A DNA stretch of 64,000 bases from an uncultured Methanomicrobiaceae archaeon (GTDB taxonomy: Archaea > Halobacteriota > Methanomicrobia > Methanomicrobiales > Methanoculleaceae): positions 896,001 through 960,000 of the forward strand of contig CAWGXH010000004.1 of NCBI GenBank assembly GCA_963826525.1. Direction: 5' to 3'. The position numbers were made by a program, and so were the translations under genes. Below, in pieces: positions 55,547 to 64,000 of this stretch (positions are counted from its first letter, which is position 1; each line of letters opens with the position of its first letter). The notes beneath the pieces are model-generated. The model saw nothing but the letters and a program-made list of their open reading frames with translations, was not told the origin of the DNA and ran no database searches.

Positions 55547-55992
55547 CTCACATCTCCGGTAGACCCGGTCAGCATCCGGTCAAGCACGAGATCCTGATCG
55601 CCGTACCGCTCTTCAGCCCGGAGAAGATCTTCCCAGATCTCAGGCGGCATCCCGGCAGGCCCGAGCTGCCGGATGATCCCGTGGACGGCGGAGTATATCT
55701 GGTACATGCCCCGGATGGAGTCCGACATCCCCCGATACTCCGCCATGATCACGTCGATGTCGTCCGGGTGCTCGGCGATAGCGGTTGCGTGATCGATGAA
55801 GGCGGGCAGATCATCGGTCAGCACCGGCAGCAGGTTGGAGAATGCCGAGAGAAGGAGATCGACCGTCGTCTCGTTCAGGCTGCCGGCGGACGCAGTATCA
55901 GGATCGAGAGCCGATGCCGGCACCCATCCTCCGGTGATCAGGAGAAGGGCGGCGGCACAGGCAAGGCACCAGAAGAGCCGTGGCGGTCGCAT
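55543..55992 (-). CDS. Hypothetical secreted protein
   Basis: Signal-peptide-like N-terminus (..PASA), helical body. Confidence 0.6.
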   Translation of the reverse strand: MRPPRLFWCLACAAALLLITGGWVPASALDPDTASAGSLNETTVDLLLSAFSNLLPVLTDDLPAFIDHATAIAEHPDDIDVIMAEYRGMSDSIRGMYQIYSAVHGIIRQLGPAGMPPEIWEDLLRAEERYGDQDLVLDRMLTGSTGDVS

Positions 55993-56056
55993 TGCTGTTC
56001 TCTCTTGTTCCCCGGCTACCTAAATGTTGCGGCGCCCGATCGAGAGCCCGGACGCT

Positions 56057-56215
56057 TTACCGCCGTCCTTTCTTCGTCTCTATCCAGCGCTTCCGCCTGC
56101 CGCAACGCTCGCAGACCTGCTCCCACTCGACGACGTTCGATGCGTACTCGTTGTACCCGCGCTTCCTGCCCCACCTATGGATGCCTATCCTGCAGAGGAG
56201 TGGTGTTCCGGCCAT
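56057..56215 (-). CDS. Small basic Zn-ribbon protein (DUF1660-like), 52 aa
   Basis: LC..G.H.W ... C.RCG pattern. Confidence 0.7.
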   Translation of the reverse strand: MAGTPLLCRIGIHRWGRKRGYNEYASNVVEWEQVCERCGRRKRWIETKKGRR

Positions 56216-56678
56216 AGTACCCGTCAATTTCCCTATACGATTCTCCAGGTCAAAAGTCTTCCCACCGCCTGAAAGCCGCGGAAAATATGTAAAACCGAAG
56301 ATCCGATGGTATCCTGTCAGCAATCCGGAGCGGTGTTTGCGGTGGCGTTTATTTACTACGGTCAGGGAGTCTCCTCCCTCTATGGGGATTTTGTTGAGCG
56401 GTCGATCTCGCATCTGGCGCTTGAGGGTACGCAGACTTACCCGGTAGTCGATCGAGGAGTCCGCTGCCCGGATGGATGTGCGTCATACCGGTGAGAAGGG
56501 GCAGCTCGCGATCGAACCCGAGGGAAAGAATGTCAAAGTGGACGTATACCGTCGAGCATGAGAAGAAAGAGATCGGGCGCGAACTGATGGGCGCCTTCGC
56601 CGGAGGAGGTATCGGCAGTAGTGGAGAGCGCTCGGGAGAGTCTGGACGCTCTCGAGGCCGACTAACCTTCTTTTTGCG

Positions 56679-57797
56679 CTAGGGGATAATCTCGCAGCTG
56701 TTGAACTTTTTATGGTCGAAGTCCGAGAGAGCGATGCGTCCTGCACGGATCAGGCGCTGCACCTCCGGGACTGCCTCGGTGAGGGCATCGTGCAGGTTTT
56801 TCACGGTACCGCAGACGCAGTCTCTCCCTTCTTTCGGCCACGGCCGGGTGATGTTTGAGTACAGGCAGCGGCCGCCGCAGAAGTCCCGGATCGAGCACTC
56901 CGTGCACGCGCCCGTGACGGAGACTTTCCCGAGCGTGGCGGGGTCGGCGGTCGCGATATGTCCGAGGTAATGCTCCCGCATACCGACCATGATCGGGCAG
57001 GGGGCGATGCTGCCGTCGGTCATGATGCTGTAGTTACCGTGGCCGGATCCGCATCGGAGGGGGCTCGGCCGATCGAGGAGCAGGTCCTGCATGGTATCGA
57101 GGAAAGGATACCACCGCATCACCCTTCCTTCGTCCCGCATCACCGCGACCCATCTCCCGACGAGCGACCGTACGCCGGGATTGTAGTTCGTCTCCGCCCA
57201 GGCAGCGAAGTCCCGGGTGTGGTAATCGTTCCAGAAGTCCGCATCCATCTGCCAGTGGATGGAGCGGAAGGAGAAATATTCGTTCTCTGCCAGGTAGCGG
57301 ACGGCCGTGTCGATATCGGTCTCTTCCGTCACGGTCATCCGGGCTACCACTTCCCCGGAGAAACCGCTCTGGACGAGGCGGCGGAGGTTCTCCGTGACCC
57401 GTGCAAAGACCCCCTCGCCCCGGTTTGCGTCGGTGATTGCAGGCGGCCCGTCGATGGAGACGAGGATGGTCTCAAAGCGGCCGGCCAGCTCCGGTTCGAC
57501 CCGGTCGAGGAGCAGGCCGTTTGTGTGGAGGAGGAATGATTTCACAGGCGCATGCGCCGCGATATCCCTGATGAGATCGAGCCGGAGCAGGGGCTCCCCA
57601 CCGTAAAAGGTCAGTGCGGCATCTGAGTCTTTCCGGAGGAAATCATACAGTTGCTCGAGATCGATCGCGAGGTCTACCGGGAGTTCGTCGTCTACCGGAG
57701 TCCCGGTGGTTTCCGGAATCTCGGTGGTGAATATCTTCCCCCGGCAGTAGGTGCAACAGAGGTTGCATTCGTCGGTGAGAATGAGGTGATAGTACAC
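56679..57797 (-). CDS. Radical SAM/SPASM protein (TIGR04084/AF_0577-like)
   Basis: CNLCCTYC, FYGGEP, SIDGP, SPASM C..C.....CGGRC, C-terminal CEIIP. Confidence 0.88.
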   Translation of the reverse strand: MYYHLILTDECNLCCTYCRGKIFTTEIPETTGTPVDDELPVDLAIDLEQLYDFLRKDSDAALTFYGGEPLLRLDLIRDIAAHAPVKSFLLHTNGLLLDRVEPELAGRFETILVSIDGPPAITDANRGEGVFARVTENLRRLVQSGFSGEVVARMTVTEETDIDTAVRYLAENEYFSFRSIHWQMDADFWNDYHTRDFAAWAETNYNPGVRSLVGRWVAVMRDEGRVMRWYPFLDTMQDLLLDRPSPLRCGSGHGNYSIMTDGSIAPCPIMVGMREHYLGHIATADPATLGKVSVTGACTECSIRDFCGGRCLYSNITRPWPKEGRDCVCGTVKNLHDALTEAVPEVQRLIRAGRIALSDFDHKKFNSCEIIP

Positions 57798-57937
57798 GGA
57801 AGATCGTGCATACAGTTTCGTGAACCGACGAGAAAAAGATAGAGTTCCGGAACATAGGACTGTCTGCAAAATCTCAAATACTGCATCTCCCGGCAGTATT
57901 ATCCCTCCGGGAAGTGAGTGTATGCACAGGAGATTCT

Positions 57938-58141
57938 ATGGAGCGCAGAATGGAGTCAACCGCCGCGGTGCTTGCAGCACTCTTCGTTCTCTTCTCGGCG
58001 ATGATCGATCCTGCAATCTCGGTCGTCGCGGCTATAGCGGGGCTCGGGGCGCTGGCACTCTTAGCCGTGAGGAACCATATGCGACTCCGGGAACCACATT
58101 CGCAAAAGCAAAGTACCCGGAGAGGAGAGAAGAGAGCATGA
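57938..58141 (+). CDS. Small two-TM hypothetical protein
   Basis: Hydrophobic; SD GGAG; ATGA overlap with cupin gene. Confidence 0.55.
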   Translation: MERRMESTAAVLAALFVLFSAMIDPAISVVAAIAGLGALALLAVRNHMRLREPHSQKQSTRRGEKRA

Positions 58142-58473
58142 CCGATCCGCAGAAAGAAAACCTCACCGGAAAGGTTCTCAACCCCGCCGACCTCGTGGCC
58201 TACCAGGCCGGCTCGATCGTGAGCAGGATGCTCGTCTATAAGAAATCCGGAACAATCACGCTCTTTGCCTTTGACGAAGGAGAGGGGCTCAGCGAACATA
58301 CTGCACCATACGATGCAATCCTCACCGTCCTTGACGGCGAAGCGACCGTCACGATTGCCGGCATAGAGCACCTGCTGACAGCGGGCGAGTTGATTATCAT
58401 GCCTGCGAACATCCCCCATGCCGTACAGGCGGCAACCCGGTTCAAGATGATGCTGACGATGATCCACGAATGA
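58138..58473 (+). CDS. Cupin domain protein
   Basis: LFAFD.GE.LSEH, MPA..PHAV. Confidence 0.9.
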   Translation: MTDPQKENLTGKVLNPADLVAYQAGSIVSRMLVYKKSGTITLFAFDEGEGLSEHTAPYDAILTVLDGEATVTIAGIEHLLTAGELIIMPANIPHAVQAATRFKMMLTMIHE

Positions 58474-58733
58474 GATCTCACGCACACCTGTTTTTATCGA
58501 TGACTTTTCATAAAATTGCCGCCCGTTTCCACCCGGTATGGGCGCTCATGATAGCAAGCCTGTTGGTGGAACGGATCGATCGACTGGTGCTGCTTCCCGT
58601 ACCTGAACCGTCTGAGTGTCTTTGCCGTGCTGCTCGATGCCCGCCACGGGGGGTCGGTTCCGGGTGGCGGCAGCCCCTTCCTCTCCAGCAGGCTCATATA
58701 ATCGGGGTTCCTTATGGTTGATTCAGGATCCTC

Positions 58734-61468
58734 GTGACCCCCGATCCCGATACCCGGACGACGCAGAATGCGGTCGCATGGCACGCGGCGGCAGGGGACG
58801 AAGCCGTACGGAAGACTCGACTCCTCGCTCGAGGGGCTTTCGGGCGGCGAAGCAGCCGGGCGTATCAGAAAATACGGGGAAAATTCCCTCCCGACACGCA
58901 AACCGCCCACGCCTCTCCGGATATTTCTGCACCAGTTCGTAAACCCGTTGATCGCTATCCTGCTGGTTGCGGGTATCATCTCCATCCTCTTCGGGGACCT
59001 CGCCGACGCTTCGTTCATCTTCATCGTCATCCTGGTCAATGCCTTCATCGGGACGTTTCAGGAGTGGAAGGCGGAACAGAGCGCGGCATCGCTGCAGGAG
59101 ATGCTGAAGGTCTACACCCGGATACGGAGAGCCGGAAGGGAAGAGACGGTGCCGTCCGAAGATCTCGTTCCGGGCGATATCGTCATCCTCGAGTCGGGAA
59201 ACCGCATCCCCGCCGATATCAGGCTGCTGCGAGCGCAGAATCTTGCGGTCGACGAGTCCCTTCTGACGGGAGAGTCGCAGGCGATCGCGAAGTCGGCAGA
59301 GACCGTTCCGGCCGGAGTCGCCGTGAGCGACCGGACGAACATGCTGTACGCCGGGAGCACCGTGATGAGCGGTCGCGGCACGGGTATCGTCGTCGCGACG
59401 GGGACGGCCACGGAGATAGGCCATATCGCAGAGACGGTCTCTACTTCGGAGATGGGCCAACCGCCTCTCGTCATCCGGATGGAGGAGTTCTCGAAGAGGA
59501 TCAGCATTGCCGTCCTCGCGGCAGCAGGGCTGCTCGCCATCATCGTCCTCGGCCAGGGGATGCCGCCGGTCGAGGTCTTCTTCCTCGCGGTCGCGCTCGC
59601 GGTCGCGGCTATCCCGGAGGGGCTGCCGGTCGCGATGACGGTCGCGCTCTCGATCGCAACATCCAGAATGGCGAAGCGGAACGTTATCGTCCGGTTCCTG
59701 GCCGCCGTCGAGAGTCTCGGCAGCTGCACCATGATCGCGAGTGACAAGACGGGGACGCTTACTGTCAATCAGCAGACGGCGAGAACGGTAACGCTCCCCA
59801 GCGGTGAAGTCTTTGCCGTCTCGGGAGCGGGGTATGCGGGTGAAGGCGAGGTCTCTGCCGGTGACGGCGCCGCTCCCGAAGGCTCCGACCGGGAACGCCT
59901 CCTCTCCCTCGCCCGCGCCTCGGCCATCTGCAACGAGGGCAGCCTCGTGCGCGAGAACGGGGCGTGGACGCATAAGGGGGACGCCATCGACGTGGCGTTC
60001 CTCGCCCTCGGCTACAAGCTCGGGCTCGACCCGGTCGCCCTCCGCCGCGAGTGCCGATATCATCGCAGAGGTGCCGTTTGAATCGGAGCGGCGGTTCGCG
60101 ACGGTCTGGCATCGCGAAGGCCATGCCGTCAGGGTATCGGCCAAGGGTGCGGTGGAGGCCGTTCTTCCGCTCTGCGTGACGATGGCCGGACCTGATGGTT
60201 CTGTTCCGATCGATCCGGCTCTGATCGGCAGAGAACTCGAGGCGATGACCGATCAGGGGTACCGCGTCCTCGCCGTCGCTTCAGGCCGTGGTGAGGAGCC
60301 TTTTGGAGAGGAGAATATCTCATCCCTTGAACTTCTCGGGCTTGTCGGGTTCATCGATCCTATCCGTCCCGACGTGCCGGAGGCGATCGCCCGCTGCCAC
60401 GGTGCCGGGGTGGATGTCGTAATGGTCACGGGCGACCACCCGGCGACCGCGTATGCCATCGCCCATGAGCTTGGGATTGCAGAGAACCGTGCCGATGTGG
60501 TCACGGGTGCGGAGCTTGAGGAGGTGGAGCCTCCGACCCTGCCGCAGTACATCGACCGCGTCACCCATGCCAAGGTATTCGCCCGGGTGACGCCGCTGCA
60601 GAAACTCCGTATCGTTGAAGCATTGCGGACTGCCGGGGCGTACGTCGCCGTAACGGGTGACGGGGTGAACGACGCTCCGGCGCTCCGAACCGCAAACCTC
60701 GGGGTGGCGATGGGCTCCGGGACCGACGTCGCCAAGGATACGGCGTCGCTGATCGTCACCGACGACGACTTCTCCTCGATCGTATCCGGGATAGAAGAGG
60801 GGCGTTACGCCTACGACAATGTCAGGAAGGTCACCTATCTCCTTGTCTCAGCCGGGTTTGCCGAGGTGGTGCTCTTCATGCTCGCTCTCCTTGTCGGGCT
60901 GCCGCTCCCCCTTCTTGCGGTTCAGCTCCTCTGGCTGAACCTCGTGACGAACGGTATTCAGGGAGTTGGATTGGCGTTCGAGGCCGGTGAACCGGGGGCG
61001 ATGTCGCGCCCGCCTCGCCGGCCCGAGGAGGGGATCTTCAACGATCTGATGGTGAGAGAGACGATCCTCTCCGGGATGGTCATCGGCGTCGTCGCCCTTG
61101 GGGCCTGGTTCTGGCTGCTTGAAAACGGCTGGGAGGTGGATGCGGCGCGAAACCTCGTCGTCCTGCTGATGGTGCTCCTCGAGAACTTCCACGTCTTCAA
61201 CTGCCGGTCGGAGATCCGCTCGATCTTCAGGATCCCTCCGAGCAGCAACTACTTCCTGATCATCGGGGTGATCGCCGCCCAGGGTGTGCATATCATTGCG
61301 CTGTACGTCCCCTTCCTTCAGGAGGTGCTCGGGTTCCAGCCGGTCAGCCTTGAGGAGTGGGTAACGCTCCTGCTCCTCGCCTCGATCGTCGTGGTTACGA
61401 TGGAGATCTTCAAATTCGTCAGGAGGCACCGCACGCCCCCGCCCTCTGCGGAGGCTGCGGCGGCGTAG
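58734..61468 (+). CDS. Cation-transporting P-type ATPase (Ca2+-type), frameshifts ~58808 and ~60055
   Basis: LTGES, AAIPEGL, DKTGTLT, KGA.E, VTGDH, GDGVND across joined ORFs. Confidence 0.9.
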
Positions 61469-61470
61469 GG

Positions 61471-63415
61471 TCAGTACCCGTACCTCGGGTAGGCCTCCCG
61501 GTACGGGAGGCCTACTTCGCCGAGCCGGTCGGTGAGATCCGCCAGATTGCTCATGATGATCCTCTTCTGTGAGACCGTGTAGAGGACACTGTCCATATAG
61601 AGCGACCGCTGCACGGCGTCGGGGGTGTTCCAGGCGTACGGAATATCGCTTCCATTCTGCGTGACGGTGCCTCGAAGGGTGAACCCTGCTGACGGGCTCA
61701 CGCCGTAGACGTAGACTCCCTGCCAGGTCTTCAGGCTGTAGGAGTCATACCTCCCGCTGGTGCTGTTCACCCGGCGCACCTCGCTGATCGGGATGACGAG
61801 GAGATTCTTTGACTTCGCGAAGAGGAAGGCCTTGTGGTCGTAGAGCGCCTCGGAGTCGGTGCCTGCTTCGCCGATCTCGACCGAGTCGACCAGTTCCGGG
61901 TTGTTGACGTCAGAGACGTTGAAGAGGGCAAGCTTCACGCCGCCGACCGAGACACCGCCCCAGTCGCTCTCACCGGTCTCTTTGCCTATCCCGATGATGT
62001 GATCTTCGTCATACGGGTGGAGGTAGTCCGAGTAGCCCGGGATCTTCAGTTCTCCGAGAATGCCCGGGTTCTCCGGATCTTCGAGATCGATGACGAAGAG
62101 GGGGTCGACCCGCTTGAACGTCACCATGTAGAGCCGGTCGCCGACGAAGCGCGTCGCATAGATCCGCTCTCCGGGAGCGATGTTGCCGAGCTCGCCGACG
62201 GTCTCCATTCCTTCGTCGAGGACCGAGACGGTGCTGTACTGGTAGGATCCCCTATCCGTCCATCCCTCGACCGTGGTCGCGACCCGGAGGTATCCGTCGT
62301 ACTCGTCCATCGAGAACTGGTTCAAGAGGTGGCCGGGCACCTCTCCCATGCCCCGGTACTCGATTGCACCGTTCCCGACGGCGAACCGGTAGACAACCGT
62401 CCCTTCGGGTTCCTCGTTCGGCGGCAGAATGTCATCTACGGGGACGCTTCTATAGACCGGTCCCGTCGGCTTTGGGTAACTTAAGTAGATATTCTTCTGC
62501 GAGGCGTAGAGCGTGCTGCCGTACCCGAGGAGGAATGTCTCGGCATCCGGCGTATCGCCGCTATTCACCGCAAATGAACTGATGGTGTGGTAGGTGTAGG
62601 TCTCCCACGGGATATCCGGGTAGTAGATGTCGGGTAGGATTGTGCTCCCGTTCCTGTCCCTGACCTCCGGGAGGAGCGGTTCCCCGCCGTACCAGGGCAC
62701 ATACTCGCTCGTGATCAGGTAGACGGTTTTGCCGATCATCCGTGCGCCGGAGTACGAACCGGTGAATGCGACGTCACGAAGCTCTTCGGGCTCTGTTCTG
62801 TCCCGGACGGAGTAGACGTGTGCATGGGTCGCCTCCCGGGTGACCGGGACGGGAGCGACGCTCCGCTCCGGCGTGACCATGACCTCCTCCCATTGCGACG
62901 TGATGACCACCAGGTGGTCACCGTCGAGGAAGAGGCTCCTGCGGCCGCCCGTCGATAGGGGTCTCGGATACGATCCCCGCGTCCTTAGCAGGGTAGGCGT
63001 CCACGATCACGAGCGTATTCCCGGCGAGCATGTAGATGTACTTCCCGTCGTTCTTGATGAAGTCCGGCTCGTCCACACCCGCCACCTGGATATTGGTCGT
63101 GGAGTAGTCGCCCGCTCCGGTCTCCGGTGCGGTCACGGGCGCCCCGGTCGAGGCGGGTACCGGAGCCCCGGTCGTCGTTTCGTCGCGGGCGCCCCCGTTC
63201 GGCACCCCGGTGTACTGGCCGCCGCCAGGGCGACTGCCCGCAGCGTGCTCTTTGAGGTAGTCTCGGAGTTCCTCGGCCGATGTGAACTTCTTCAGTTCTC
63301 CAACGGTTTCCTGACCCGACGCCTCCGTAACCAGTGCACTCCCGATGATCGTCGCGACCACCAGAATCCCGATGGCGATAACCAGCCCCTCTCCTCGTCC
63401 CGTCATACTCTTCAC
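61471..63415 (-). CDS. Secreted beta-propeller domain protein (frameshift ~62930)
   Basis: YSTTNIQVAGVDE.D..K.DG, NQFSMDE, GELKIPGYSDYLHP. Confidence 0.88.
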
Positions 63416-63539
63416 CTCGATTCGGTGAGAGGGAGATTGGCATACGGGATTATCTCGTTTGCGTAAGCTCCGAATTTTTTCGTAGTATTCTCTGCCCGCT
63501 GCCGTAAAAATGAGGGTTTCTCTCCCCTGGATGCATCCG

Positions 63540-64000
63540 CTATCCGATCAGGCGGCAAAGAGCCAGGCGATGTATGCGGCGTACCCGGCGAGGAGCATCA
63601 CCGACCAGGCGCGAACCGTGCGCCGCGAGCCGAGGATCAGCGGGAGGATTCCCGCCGAGAAGAGGATGACAATGAGGATGTCCGTGAACGATCCGACGGC
63701 TATCGGATTTATGAGCGCGCTCAGACCGAGGACGAGGAGGAGATTGAAGATGTTGCTCCCGAGGATGTTCCCGACTCGAGATCGCTCCCTGATTTCGCAC
63801 GGCAGCGATGATCGAGGTGGCGAGTTCAGGCAGCGACGTGCCGAAGGCCACCATGCTCATTCCGACCACAAACGCAGGGATTCCGAACGCATCGGCGATA
63901 TCGAGCGCTCCCATCAGCACGAGCTGTGACCCGATGACGACGGCGGCGAGCCCGAGGGCGATGAAAAGGATATCTCTCTTTCCGTGCGTCTCGATCTGAT
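63540..64000 (-). CDS. Ca2+/Na+ antiporter (CaCA), C-terminal part, frameshift ~63775
   Basis: VAFGTSLPEL and GNILGSNIFN alpha-repeat motifs in adjacent frames. Confidence 0.85.
   Translation of the reverse strand, partial: QIETHGKRDILFIALGLAAVVIGSQLVLMGALDIADAFGIPAFVVGMSMVAFGTSLPELATSIIAAVRNQGAISSREHPREQHLQSPPRPRSERAHKSDSRRIVHGHPHCHPLLGGNPPADPRLAAHGSRLVGDAPRRVRRIHRLALCRLIG

Overview
Archaeal core-genome window, about 60% GC. Gene content points to a Methanomicrobiales methanogen (Methanoculleus-like; inference). In order, it holds the A1A0 ATP synthase operon (I,K,E,C,F,A,B,D), pgk, a decayed Dam-type methylase, tRNA-Pro and tRNA-Lys, a MinD / roadblock / response-regulator locus, and the rpoH-B''-B'-A'-A''-rpl30e-nusA operon. 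It continues with a repeat-bearing surface protein, a class III RNR locus, thpR-cca, and a nitrogen cluster (glnK, amt, four-gene glutamate synthase, glnA, second FMN-GOGAT) with NrpR-like operators. The last part has Mrp, MoaD/AOR, trmO, rnhA, a PRTase, four tandem YbhB/YbcL paralogs, two radical SAM enzymes, two P-type ATPases and a Ca/Na antiporter. Many genes, including essential ones, carry 1-bp frameshifts, which points to an error-prone assembly rather than real pseudogenes. Best leads: (1) an unannotated, highly structured ~265-nt candidate ncRNA at 48352-48619 (minus strand); (2) an NrdD with no C-terminal Zn-ribbon/glycyl-radical domain; (3) the 2 canonical + 2 degenerate YbhB/PEBP array; (4) a 21-bp exact copy of glutamate synthase coding sequence between cca and glnK. 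No CRISPR array or transposase was seen.
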